The notes beneath the pieces were generated by a model. That model was not told where the DNA came from and did no database searches. It saw only the letters and a list, made by a program, of their open reading frames with translations. 64,000 nucleotides of DNA from Octopus sinensis (Eukaryota), in the NCBI RefSeq assembly GCF_006345805.1, contig NC_042997.1:150288001-150352000 (forward strand). Reading direction: 5' to 3'. The translations under genes and the position numbers were made by a program. Below, one piece after another: positions 13,471-27,070 of the stretch; the first letter of the stretch is position 1, and every line of letters begins with the position of its first letter.

Positions 13471-13760
13471 GGCGTGTATGTATGGTGGAGGCTTAGTTGT
13501 TAGGATGTTGGACTCTTGTTCGTTAGATTGTGCTTTCGATTCATGGACCGGGCGACGAATTGTGTTCTTGAGCAAAAAACTTCATTTCACATTACTCAAG
13601 TCTACTTAACTGACAAAAATAAGTAATACTGAGACGGGGCGGCGTCCCGTCCAGGTGGGAAATGTGGACGCCAGCGTACCATCCAGGTTAGGAATATATA
13701 CGCCAGCATCCGTAGACGTGGGGGAATACGCCATGTAAATCGGGAAACCGCCCCTATAAG
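13471..13760 (+). mobile_element. tRNA-derived SINE family C (V/Meta-domain-like core)
   Basis: tRNA-like head with B-box-like tttcgattc, then ttgtgttcttgagcaaaaaacttcatttcac, resembling the conserved SINE core (CTTGAGCAAGACACTT). Related fragments lie at 18062-18130, 31511-31632 and (minus) ~37626-37730. Confidence 0.65.
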
Positions 13761-14783
13761 TCTATATGACTCGGAATGGAACTTTGCTTTTTACTTTCTG
13801 AGTGTGTTTGCTCGCGCGTTTCTGTATGAACGAACCAGCCATTTGAACTACATATGATTGATCCATTGTTTATATGTTCTTCTAAATCAGATATCGTTCC
13901 CTTTTGAATCAGGACATTATCTTTTCCTTCATCATGCACGTCACTCTGGATATCATTTACCTTTTTTTTCTTTTTCTGGGCCGTAAAACACTTCACGTTG
14001 AACTTAGAATTTGTTCCTTCGTTTATTTCACTTGTCTTTGGCAAGGTCTTGTTCTTTTATCATTTCTTTCATTCGCTGATTGCCTCGAATGGTTTTCCAT
14101 TCCTTTTCAGCCTTGTCATCATTGAGAAGCAGCAGAGTGTTACTAGTGGGTGTACTAAACACGAGCTACTTTTGCTAGCTCACCTGCTGCACATCTTTCT
14201 TTCTCTCTCTCTCCCTCTCTATCTATCTCTCAGTTTCTCTCTCTATCAATCTCTATCTCTATCTTTCTGTCTTTTTCCCTCCTTTCTTCCTTCTGCCTTG
14301 CGTCGGAATTTCTACCTCGTGGCTTTCTTATAATACTGAGGTGATTCATATCTCCCCCGACAAATATAACACATATTCCCAAATACATATAAAAATATTG
14401 GACGTTCTTCACTGCATCAGCAATTAATAGTTTCGTCGGGTACCCAAGATATAATAATGTCCAGTTTAGCTTTCTGGTCTTTCGGATTCACTAACGCTTG
14501 CATTTCCAACATAATCAAACAGTATCCTTCCAATCACGTACTATTTCTTGTTACTACTTCCCTCAGTTGTCTGTACTATAACGCAAAGGTGACTACGAGC
14601 CAAGACTGAATACCATTTCTAATATCCCAAGTTATGTCTCTTGTATTCCATCCCCCCCTATAATTTACAGCACCAGACTTTGGGCAATTTTGTGGCACAT
14701 AAACTCAGTTTGTCATATTGCCTGATTCAGCTCTGATAGATGGGAAACCGCAAGCCTGAGAGTGTATGGAAAGCGTTTCATAA

Positions 14784-15168
14784 TCTCTCTCTATATAAAC
14801 GGCAGTTTGTCTGTGCGTGTTTCTGTGTGTCTGTTTGCTTGTACCCTCACCCTGACCACGGCTTTCAACCGATTCTGATGAAACTTGACACACACATAGC
14901 CCAATGTCATAATTCAAAACTAACGCAGCGAAAATTTTGAAAAGTTCCCCCAGTTCTGAAAAAAATCGATAAATTCGACATGGGGTCGAGAATCAGAAAC
15001 ACATACCACAAACTGTCTAGGGGACGCAACTCCACCTTTTTTAAATCTCAAAAAAAAATTTACCATAATTTTTTTCCATTTTTTTGCTATTTTTTGGCTA
15101 TAACTCTCTAAAATTGCTTTATAGTTATTTCCCTTACAAACCTGAGCAACGCCGGGCGATACTGCTAG
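14784..15168 (+). mobile_element. Non-autonomous Helitron
   Basis: a|TCTCTCTCTATATAAA start and cctgagcaacgccggg hairpin + cgatactg + CTAG|t end, inserted between A and T. The last ~110 nt are shared with 20930-21324. Confidence 0.85.
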
Positions 15169-15639
15169 TTGGAAATATATGTTATGCCAACTTCGTCTTT
15201 CCCATGATTTTATACATGCACCGAGCAAGGTTGTATTATTTTCGCAACACTCTACTCCGATAAGATTTTTTTTTTCTGCAAATTGATTTATTTCCAAGGA
15301 TTGTTCGTGGCTCACTACACAAAGAAAACTGCTAAGTTATTATTAGCGGATTTGTTAATAGTTGGTTTGTCAAAATTTGAAATGATTTGTTAGCTCAACG
15401 ATAATAGTTGTATGTAAATCTTCTGTTCTTTATATCCGTTTTATTTGAAAGTATAAATGGTATTGATATTGTTATAAAACTCTCTTCTAACCATCAAATG
15501 AGGAGATGCCATGTTCAGAAATATGTTTGTGGTTTTCCAGTTGCAACAAAAATGGAATCTAAACTCTTTATGTCCCGCGAAAGGAACAAAAATTCTCGAT
15601 AGAAACACGCGTACGTTAAGCTCATGCATCCCATAACAC

Positions 15640-15726
15640 GGGCACATAGAAACCGGGAAACCGGGCCCATGAGCCTAGCCAGGCTTTAAAAGGGCGCATT
15701 TATTATTATTATTATTATTATTATTA

Positions 15727-15757
<31 letters not shown>

Positions 15758-15780
15758 GTTGTTGTTGTTGTTGTTGGTAT
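15640..15780 (+). repeat. Probable SINE family C 3' tail followed by (ATT)n/(GTT)n
   Basis: gaaaccgggaaaccgggcccatgag resembles the end of 13471-13760 (cgggaaaccgcccctataag) and runs into a trinucleotide array. Confidence 0.45.
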
Positions 15781-18028
15781 CATTCATTGTGACTTAACTT
15801 TTATTTAAGGCGATATTTAATTGGATTGAGAGCGATTTTGTGGCTGTATTTAGTAGGTCGAATGAGCAGATATATTCTTTTGCTACTGTTTGTGAAATTG
15901 TTGATGGTTAAGCGCGTTAGGACTCTGCATAATGCTCATAATGATAATTATGAGAATGTTGATGATGATGGAGAAAAGGAAGAGGAAAAGTAGAAAGGTA
16001 AGCGGATCATATAACTAGGAAGAAGATTGTGATAACGATGATGATGATAATAAGGTGGGGGAGGAGGTATGATGAAGGACTTGAGAAATTATACCAATAG
16101 AAAGAAAAACTAATTAAAAGAGAATATGAAATTGAAGAGGAATAGAAAGAAGAACGATGAGGTAGAGATGGAGATGTAAGAAGGAAAAGAAAACGATAAA
16201 TGAAAGGAACATTAGTGGGAGAAAAATCCTACGGGATTTATATCACTTAAACATGAAATCAAAATAAAATTCAAAACAAAAACGAAAAACTGAAAACTAT
16301 AAATCAAAATCTTAAATGAAATTTGAATACAGAGGCTTAGATATTTATCTCAACTTATAAAGGGAATTGGAAATTCTATCAGATATCAGAAGTTGAAATC
16401 TCTTGAGATGTGTTCGAAACCTTTTAATGGTTTATTAATAGGTGGAGCCGTAATCAGCATAAGTGTCAGAAACATGTTGTAGAAGACGGTAATTAAAAAC
16501 AGGTGTAAAGTTTATTTGGATTGTGAGAGATTTCTACTAAGCGAATTTGGTTGCTTTTGTTGTTGTTTTTCTTGAGTTTATTATTGCTGTTATTAATATT
16601 GCTGTTAGTGGTATTGAAGTAGTGATAATGGCAGTAAGTGTAGCAGCAGCATCCTCATCCTCCTCTTCATCATCATCATTATCAATAGTGGTAGGAGTTG
16701 CAGTAATAGTTGGAATTTGGTTTTACTGTATCTATATAGTTTAATTTTGCAGAAATGAGAAAACATCAACAGAATAGAAAGAACCGCATATTGGAACTAA
16801 AACATGCTGAAATACACACACTATCGTATACATTTATATACGTGTGTACGCACACACACACGCGCGCACACAAATACTCGCACACAGAGTTTATGAAATC
16901 ATTTTCTTGCAACTTGTCTTAAATGCAGTTTGGTTTAAATACGCGATGCACAATAACATGAATCGAGTCTTCTTTTCTTCATTTATTCGCCAGAAATCAA
17001 TGATTGAATACACTATATATATATATATATATATGATTGTAGATGTGGAGCGGAATCAACTTGAATTATCAGAAATACTTCCTTTGTGGATATTTTCTTT
17101 TGTAACGTGTGTGTAAAATAAATTTAGAGATGAGACGCTTACATAATATAATATATCATATCGTGTATATAAAATGTAACAGGTTTTAAATATGTCTCTA
17201 GATTTATGCATTATCCATCACATGAATATTGCAAGCTCGTCTCTTAAATGACACCTCAACAATTGGGAGAATACAAAATGTTGATTGTGGTTCATGTCAA
17301 TGTCTTCGACAAAAACGTTAGTAAATTAGTTATTTAAGAACTGATACATATTATTAGGTATCTGCAACAAAAATTGCTATCATTTTCTCGACTGTGAATA
17401 ATGTATTTCAAGATTTGTATATTGAAGGCCAATAATTTCTTGCTATATCGGGGTATTCGTCTCATGTCAATATAGTTTTGGTGTCATTTACAGTATATTA
17501 CACAATTGCCAATTTTCCAATTCAGGGTTTTGGGCTCAGTAATGCTGAAGTATTGCACGAATCTACTTTTCTCAAGCATTGCATTATTAGACGTCTTTCA
17601 TTACCTTCACGTTTACATACTGAACATGACGAAATTACTAGAAAGATCGGCGGAGTATGTCAATCTGTTGGTAATTACAACAAATTTTTATTCCATCACA
17701 CACTAAGTGTTACTACTGTTGTTTCAGAACACTAGGGTTCCGCGTCAAAGAGGATAAATTCACTAATTAAATAAATTTTAAAAATCATTTTGCGCTTTTT
17801 TCTATATTGTTATTTTTTGTTATAGACACTGCACACTGTTTGGCCTAGGAAAATCCTTTTATCTGTACTTAGGAGACTCTAAGGCAAAACGAATCACATA
17901 AAATGGTACAGCAGAGGCAGTTTGTTTACATAAGTTCTTGGGTAAAACGAAATCTTTTAAATCTCTTTCATTTTCTATGGCGTCTAATGGATTTAGTATG
18001 ACCAAACCGTCACTGTAGGCCCTGTTAC

Positions 18029-18059
<31 letters not shown>

Positions 18060-18364
18060 CACTCAAGATCTGAGGATAATGATTTCGATTCCAGGACCAG
18101 TTGGCACGTTGCGTTCATGAGCAAAACGCTTGTTTTTTTGTTGCTCTACTGATGTGTGCAGCATGCTTAAAAGTGGTTGATGTCGGATTTGCATTCCGAC
18201 CCCGTAAAACCCTCACTATCAACTGCTCAAACAGCTCCATGGACTGGGGAGTTGTGGCTTGAGTGGTGCAGGGCCGGGGCGTCATTCGCTAGTAGTTGGG
18301 AACCACCAGCAAACGGTGGATGCAGCGATGCGCTGTTACAGCACCTACACACATACTACTACTA

Positions 18365-18424
<60 letters not shown>

Positions 18425-19988
18425 ATACTACTTCTTAACCGTTCAAAGATTTGGGACTCACTTAAGCTCTAACAAAATTCAATGTCATAAAGAAACTATA
18501 CGACTTAATAATGATACGTAAAAACTCATATTTAAATGCTCCCCGTGGCACAAAAGGTTTTTCAGGAGGATTTTAAAAGAAAAATTCATGCTTTTTTTTT
18601 TTAACATTTGTTTCTATGTTTCCCGATTTATCCCGTATATGTGGGAAGTCGTGACAGCGAAATCAGGGAAATCAGGAAAGTAACTAATGCTAAGAAACCG
18701 TGGTCAAGATTTATTTTTAACTTTTAGTATACCCTTGAACAAAGACACTATACATGATTCAGTTATGGGGAGACTAAACCTAAAAAATAACAGAAAAAGA
18801 AGATGGAAAATGGTTATGGAAGGTATGGCTTTTTTCCGTGATTCTCACACATATGAAAAACATCTGACCGGGTGATAAATAGAAATAACAAGGCAATACT
18901 TTATTAAAGCTTAATTTCTTTTCTTTTTTTTTTTTTTGTGATACATACGTATAAACTCACTTTCCATATTTCAGCCAGGATTTACCATATCTCGTAGGAG
19001 GAAATTTATATGCAAATAAACTTGGAAAGTAAATAACAATTGAGACAGATAGTCACTCATAGACTAACCAAATCAGTTAAATTACATCAGTTACTTTTGA
19101 TGTCTAACAAGTGCAAATTACATTTACACCAATTTTATCCCGGACTAAATTCTTAATGTACTCTGTATTATTTTGCTTTTTAACAGCAAGGTGTGCAATT
19201 TGAGGGATATTTGTTTGCTACTTCAAGCATATCACCGGTCGAGTATAGGCTCTTTGTGTATTAGTGGGAAGCGTGAGGATCGATTAAATCAATGATACCA
19301 CTTCTTAACAACAAATCTGTGTTCATGTACCATTGTAAGAAATCGATATAAAGTAAAATGATCACTTGTATGGTGTCCAAAGAAATATACTGAGAAAAAA
19401 TATTGTTTCACTAATTGCTAACAAATTACACTTTCGATCTAATGAGGTAAACTTTTGTTGATGTTTAGCTCCGAGTCAAACATGACCGAGCATGATATCT
19501 GATCAAAGGATTTCCTGACGGGTCCCTCATATATAGGATTATTTAGTAACTGATGCATAATTTCCTTACTGCAGCAAAGCTTAATAACTTGCGAGAAACT
19601 TTGCTGCTATAAATAGCAGGTCTAGAAACAATAGCGAGGTTTTACTTTTGCTTTGTCGAGTTGATGTGCTTTTAAAGGGATTAATTGTTACTGTGCACTA
19701 GTTGCTTCCGGACACTTACCGGGAAGGTCTGCAACACCATGCGTCTTTACAATAGAATATAATATATACTCAAACATATTTCAGCAGCTATATATCGTGA
19801 CTTGGACTTATCTCATATATAGTAGGAGCATCAATTATTTTCCTTTTCATTTCACTTTAAACAGCAGTTGGAATTTCGGGGTATGGTAAAATCATAAATA
19901 AAACAAAACAAGGTAATTCCAAATGATATGAGCGGACAATCCTAACACAGCGAAATAATAGCTAAGCGAAGAGAAAATTTATTTGTGT

Positions 19989-20055
<67 letters not shown>

Positions 20056-20866
20056 CTCAAGTATTGTGACGTAATATTTACTATCCTGGAAAATAGATGC
20101 GTGAAACTATAACATTGCACCAGTCCTGTCATGCTGCATATCTCCCAATGTATGGAGGGTAGTGCATTGAGTTAAGTCGCTGGACAATCACGTGGTTTTC
20201 GATTCCGACATAAGCTTCAGCTCCTTATACAATTATATGTCATGGTAAATAGTAGAATCAAATCAAGTTGTAATGATGTTCAATATTCATGGTTAGTGAA
20301 CATAAACATATATAAATTTTAGATAAAATATTTAACAAGAAATTTGTCTTTGCATATTGTCTACCTATCTACACATACCCCTGCCAATGCACATACTTTC
20401 TAACCTATAGAAGTAATATTTGATAACCAACTGCGATTTCTTAGACTGTGGTAGACCCTTCTCAAACCAAGGCTGCTGAACTAAAAATGTAGAAGCTTTT
20501 GAAATTAATGTACTTTTCCTTGAGGGGAGAAGCATAACCTATCACCTTGATTATTGCAAGAAAGTCGGACAACGACGCTTTTATGGCATCCATTGTATTG
20601 TATAATTTTGAATCTAATATCCAGATGTGCCTTCTCAATCACGCCTACAGTCTTGAACGTCATTCCAAGAAAGAATCATTGGTATTGTTCTTCTTCGTGT
20701 CTCAGTTTTAAGAATTGGAATAAAATATATTAGCTACAAATAAACGCATATACCTGATTACACATATTCATACAACCATTTAAATGTTTACACACATAGA
20801 TACATACATATAATGTGTACCTATATGTATATATATATTGTGTGTGTCCGTATGTATATATCTATG

Positions 20867-20915
<49 letters not shown>

Positions 20916-20929
20916 TATATATATATATA

Positions 20930-21324
20930 CTAGCAGTATCGCCCGGCGTTGCTCGGGTTTGTAAGGGAAATAACTATATAAGCATTTTTAGAGAGTTATA
21001 GCCAAAAAATAGCAAAAAATGCATTAAAAATTGAAAAAAAATTAAGGTAATTTTTTTTTAAATCGTTGACACATCGTAGATATTTTTAGAGAGTTACTTC
21101 CCTTATATAATAACGAAAAATATGCATTAAAATGGAAAAATATGATGGTAAATTTTTTTAAATCGTAGACTCATCGTAGACGCGCGCTAATACCCAGAAG
21201 GGCTCGATATGAATCACGACTATAAGATACCCGCTTTTGGTTAAACTACACCGCAAAATGTGGGAGTAGTTACGAATCTAAATCGTAGGAGACAGACACA
21301 CAACTTCACTCTTATATATAAAGA
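20930..21324 (-). mobile_element. Non-autonomous Helitron with an internal ~100-bp tandem unit
   Basis: On the minus strand it reads a|TCTTTATATATAAG...cccgagcaacgccggg cgatactg CTAG|t. Two related units lie at ~20986-21080 and ~21081-21181. Confidence 0.88.
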
Positions 21325-21432
21325 TATAAGCCACGTAGTTATATACACATACTTTGTTATATACACATTCTTAAAAGAAAATGTTATTTTGAACACAACA
21401 TTTACAAAGAATAAAATATTTTTTGGTTTTTC

Positions 21433-22250
21433 TTAACCCTTTCGTTACTATATTTCTGACCAAAATACACCCCTTATGTGTTCAATTAATTTCTAACGTA
21501 ATCATAAATTTAGTCTGATTTCATTAAACAACTATAACTTTTTTATTTATGAATACATTAATCTGATTTTTGGAAGATAATTTAGTGAAATGTTCTCAAC
21601 CAATTCTATACTATAATTTTGTCACAAAGTGACTCTAATTGCAGGTAGATACAGGTAAATTCAACAATATATAAAATTATTAAAATTTTGTTCAAACATC
21701 GCTATAGAAAATGGGTTATTAGCTAATATTCAATTGGGTTATACAACAAAATTTTACGATAGAATTTGTTATTCTGGGTAACTTTCTAATACCCATAATA
21801 ATATTTATGGCAAAATAGGCCTTAATTTCATTTAAGGTTGTGGGAAATAACAAACTATCGTTTCTTTCGCTTTGTTTAGGTTGAGATCAAATACCACATG
21901 CTTTTTTTTTTCAGTCATAGAGTTAGATTTATGAAGGTCTTCAGTAGAAAATCCTTCGAATTCTGACTCGCTGCTTGATATAATGAAATTCGTATCCATT
22001 TTTTGTCAGAATTACAAATTTTGAAAACACAATAGGACAAATTTCGGAAAAAAATCTCCCATAATTCACGGAATTAAAATTACACTTCGATTTTTGTACA
22101 AAACTGTAGTTGAACTGTTTACGAAGTATAATACGTGTTTTCACGAATGTTCTAAAGAGATTTACTCTGATATTCTCATTTAAATATGAATAGGTAAATT
22201 CGGGCGGCTTGGTCACATTAACCAAAATTTTTTCGGGCGGTTTGGTGCAA
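21433..22250 (-). mobile_element. Possible decayed DNA-transposon remnant (piggyBac- or pogo-like)
   Basis: There is a TTAA-CCCTTTCG end at 21433, a 55-aa minus-strand ORF at 21832-21999 (MDTNFIISSSESEFEGFSTEDL...) and paired ttcgggcgg(c/t)ttggt repeats at ~22199-22246. No matching second terminus was found. Confidence 0.25.
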
Positions 22251-22580
22251 TTATATATACATATATCTATATATAATATTATATAATAAAATATATACAG
22301 AGTAAAATAAAAACCAATTTACCTTTTCTGTATTGTTATTCGACCGTCCGTGTGTCTTTGCAAATGTGTTGGAATGATAAGTGAGTTGTGATTTGGCGCC
22401 TTTTTTTTTACTAATAACAAACACACACGTGTTTGTATGTAGTTGTTTGAAACGTTTGTGTTTGCCACTCTCATATATGTATGTGTATGCGTGTGTGTGA
22501 GGAATGACACACACACACTCACGCACGCACACATGTACATCAATGCTTTTATGAGCGTCATAGAGAGAAACAAATATTAC

Positions 22581-22641
22581 ATCGCCATCGCCATCGCCAT
22601 TGCCATAGCCATCGCCATCGCCATAGCCATCGCCATCGCAT
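22581..22641. repeat. Hexanucleotide tandem repeat (ATCGCC/ATAGCC)x10
   Basis: Directly visible. It produces the IAIAIA ORF. Confidence 0.95.
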
Positions 22642-23050
22642 TCTATTTTCTACCTGTCAACACAGTGAATTAGTTTCAGTTTATTCATTGTACACTGTGT
22701 GTGTGCGTTTGCGTGTGCTGTAAACCAGACTAAGAAAAGCATTTGACACACACACCAGAATGTGAGTTTTCTGTAAATTTTGCTTAATTGGAGTTTAAAT
22801 TTTAAAAACTGGACCTGGCATGACGCGATGCATTGTACTCTTAAAAATGCAAGGTAAATTGTAATTGAAGAAATCGTATATTGTTGATTTGTATAACTCC
22901 CAAAGGGAGGCAGATAAAATCTGCCTTTTATAATAAGAGATATATTTGTGTATATATATGTATGTTATTAATATATGTGTATGTATATATATATATTATA
23001 TTGTATATATACATGTATGTGTAGGTATATATGAGATATATATGCATGCA

Positions 23051-23102
<52 letters not shown>

Positions 23103-23294
23103 AGTATATATGTATGTAGATATATATATATATATATTAATATATATATATACATAAATGTATATATTATGTATGTATAGATAGATAGATACATACATAC
23201 ATACATACATACATACATACATACCACCCCTACAGGCATTACCATTCGTAATAGCTGAAGAATTCGTTTCACCTATAAACCGTACTGAATTCAC

Positions 23295-23509
23295 CTAGTC
23301 AAGCAAAATCCGTCACCTTTTGCGTATGTCCTAACAAGGGCTGCAAGAAGAACCCATTCTTTTCGGACTAATAGGAAGAAAAAGAACAGGTTATTAAATC
23401 TGGCAGTAATAATCAGGCAGAAGACATCCATCGTTGCCATACGTTTATAATAAATTTCCTCCAGCAAACTAAAGATAAGATATTCAGTCGGCGTAGAGAG
23501 GAAAGCCAT
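23295..23509 (-). CDS. Candidate first coding exon of an unidentified gene (exon 23520 to 23295)
   Basis: Minus strand: branch-like ctgac, then ttatttattttctccag|C (acceptor at 23521/23520) and ctag|gtgaat (donor at 23295/23294). Only one frame is open from an ATG to the donor: MAFLSTPTEY...MDVFCLIITARFNNLFFFFLLVRKEWVLLAALVRTYAKGDGFCLT. It lies in a non-repetitive island. No homology was recognised and no partner exon was found. Confidence 0.3.
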
Positions 23510-26500
23510 ATGTTAACAAGCTGGAGAAAATAAATAATGAGTCAGACAGACGGTCACTCGCAGACACTAGACAAATCAGTTAAACTGCATCAGCCACCAA
23601 CGATGTCTAATAATAGAATCAACCAGCGCCATACCATTTACACCATGTACACAGTCAGACTTGGCCGAAACACCTTTCATCGGCACAAACATTTCACTAA
23701 CACTTCAACCCTTCCATTCCTGCAGGCATCCACTAACATGATCTGGTAATGTGCCAAATACATCTTCACATAAGTACTCTGGTCCTCTGCCCTCACCTTT
23801 CAACCGGTTCAAAGATGGAAGGTGTGCGGCTGCTTTGAGCTGAGTGTATGGTGTGGCGAGGATAGCGGTGTGAACATTCTAAAGAATTAAATTATTTGTA
23901 ATATTGATACTAGCAGGGGAATGTCTGCACACACTCACGTCTACAAACTTATGCAATAGACGCGTAGATATACACGCATACACGCGCACATGGAAGTACA
24001 TGGAAGAGCACAAACATTTTACAAAACAGCTGTCATATGACCAGCTTTATCAACATTGCCAAAAATATACAACACACATAGGAAAGATAGCTAAAGAGAG
24101 CTGGTTAGTGTAGATGCAATCAATCTATGTATCAGTGCATATGTGGCACAGGCTAACACAGAAACACGCTCCCGCACTCACACAGACACCTACGTACACA
24201 ATACGCAAATACTCAGTCACACGAAATGCATGTTCATATTCTGATTTACATTTATGCATACGGATTCTTCGTGACTCTAATGTTCTAGAAATACACGCAA
24301 CTACAAACATATGCGTACACACACATCCATCAATATATATGTGTACATCCCCTAACGCGTGTGTGTGTGAATATACGTATTTAAGCCTGGTGTATGTCTG
24401 TTCCAATATTCATGCATAAATATGCTATTTCTTATAAGCTGAAAATCTGTACTAGAACGCAAGCTAAGCACATATGCCCCAAATAAATACAGCAACAAAG
24501 ATTAAATTTATATACTGTACTATATAGTACTACTAGAGAAAAATAGAGGTAACGATAATAAAATATGTAGGCAACTGTATTTAAATATGTATGTCATAGC
24601 ATTTAGTATACATTTATAGTAACAACGGAGTGCTCAATAAATGGAAAGGTCTAAAGCTATGAAATTTCAATGTTATATATGTATACATACACACACACAC
24701 ACACACACGCACTCACGCAGGCACGCACGCGCACACACACACAAAACACACAAACACAAACACGCACACACCCATATATATATATATTGCGAATCCGTAT
24801 GTTGAAATAGGTATTGTTATATTTCCGGATGGCAATTTCTTCTTTTTTTGCGAAATAAACATACGCACTATACATTCTTTCTTCACTCATTTATTACTGT
24901 TCTTATTTTAACTGATGTCCATTGTCTGGAAATCTTAAGTCACACATCTGTGACTTCTGCACAAATTCTGTTTGTCATGTCTGTCTGACCCTCGGCACAT
25001 TGAGTTATAAATGTATGACTAGATTATTTTTTTCTGCCGGCAAAGAATTTCGCCGAAAAATCGAAGTTATATACTAGACTAACTTTCACAAGACTGTTGA
25101 AGGTTCACTTAGGGTATCACTAACTCAAGAATATTCGAAATTGACAATAAAGACAGAGTTATGAAACTTAACATCGTATTCAGTAGACTCGGAAAAACAT
25201 CTGGAAAAAAGGAGTATCAGCCTCAAAGCAAGTTGAAAGTACAGAGCCGTGGTTTGCCAACTATCTCTGATAACGGTTTTATATCAGGTGTTGTTACCCG
25301 GCATCTACACTCTCCTACGTAAGTCATCTTGTCGGAATAGACTAGAAAATGCCTCCCGAAATATCGTTTCCACAATATGTTGCTTCTTCGAGTGAGGATG
25401 TTCGGGTGATAGACGTATCAAATACTACAAGCACATGTTCCAATGCTTCCCTAAATTATTTGAGAAACAATACATAGCCTTATTTTGACAGGTCTACCTA
25501 TTACAGTTTCATGGGAAATTGTGGAATATCATTTGATAAATAGACCAGGAGCAGACAATCTAAACAGATGTGGAATTATTTCAGGAAGTCCAAAGTTCTA
25601 CGTATATCATTAAAAAGATTTCATTAATTCAGCCCAACGTACAACAGCTAATTTTCAACTTATATTGGTGTTGTTATTAGCTGAAATCATCTGAATAATG
25701 AAATCCATGAAATGAGTCAATGTTATCGTCTTAGAGATGAACGAATATGTCTACTCGCTCAAACTTTGGTTTTCCAAATGAAACAATATTAAATGCTAGT
25801 AAATGCTCAAATTACTTGCATTTTGTAACACTTCCGCTTTGTACATTTCTCTACCAAAATCGTATATACATTTTAGTCTGAACAGTAGTAACACCAACGG
25901 GATTACACGGAAAAGTTCAGAGGTGAAAAGAATATATGTGACCTGGTTAGAAATCAATATAAAATCGACCAAAATTTTAAACCTCATATCAACGTTTTGC
26001 TCGTAATTGTTTAGTTATGGGAATGCTCTGATTGATGATATCTATGAGCGAAATCTATGTAACCGCAGATAATTTTTATTCACTTACTGTAATTAGAACA
26101 TTCTATATAGTGTACTATCTATAGACCGTATATATGATTTATAAAATGCTTATGATTTATTCTATGACGGTCATATTATTTGTTAATGAATATCTATTGT
26201 TGCCGGTGTTAAGCTGTAGGCTATCTTTAACCTACGGCACCTCAGTTTCGTTAGAAGCTTGGTCATACATTCTGTTATTTTATGTACATATTTTCACATA
26301 TATTTTGAAATGAACCTTTTCGTTTTGTGTTATGTTTGGCTTAATTTGGCAGGGTGGGAGTTATCAGTGCTAATATCTATTCCCAAGGCATCAGACGCAA
26401 AAATAGTCGTTGGTGAGTGATTCTTGTATAAATAATAATGTTATCTCCTGCTTTGTTATGGGTGCTACAATTGATATTCATTTCAAACATGACGTGCTCA

Positions 26501-26849
26501 TATTTTATCGTAGCCTATATTATTCTATTGGCTTTCTTTGTTTATGTATATATGAATTCTACTCATATTATATTGCAAAATTGTGATAGCTTCACCTTTC
26601 ATCATTTTATTTTCCCTGCTAAAGCGTATAAAAAATTGCTACAATACGAATGTCAGATAGATAGATAGATAGCTAGAAAGAGAGAGAAGGGAGGGAGGGA
26701 AAGAGTAAGTAAAGTGGTGTGTGAATTAGAGAAATTCTAGTTCAATCATTTCGTAATTTTTTTCGTCAACTCTATGATTAATGAAATTTTACAAGAACAG
26801 GTTGAGAAAATTAATTTAAAATACTGCCTATGATATTTCTGTGGAGATA

Positions 26850-27070
<221 letters not shown>

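Noticed and set aside
13754-14044. 96-aa minus-strand ORF (MPKTSEINEG...)
   Set aside because: It starts at TTG, has no acceptor with a pyrimidine tract and no recognisable domain. It is an A-rich frame expected by chance.
14184-14335. Minus-strand TATAAGA motif, GA-rich stretch and donor cag|gtgagc (possible first exon)
   Set aside because: The intervening sequence is simple repeat and the motifs are too short to support a promoter call without transcript data.
17859-18030. Protein-looking minus-strand frame (DGLVILNPLDAIENERDLKDFVLPK...)
   Set aside because: The upstream sequence is (AAC)n with no valid acceptor, and no homology was recognised.
19714-19961. Consensus minus-strand donor ccg|gtaagt as the next exon of the 23.5-kb candidate
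   Set aside because: The upstream acceptors I tested give stops in the required phase. Only a speculative 25-nt microexon fits.
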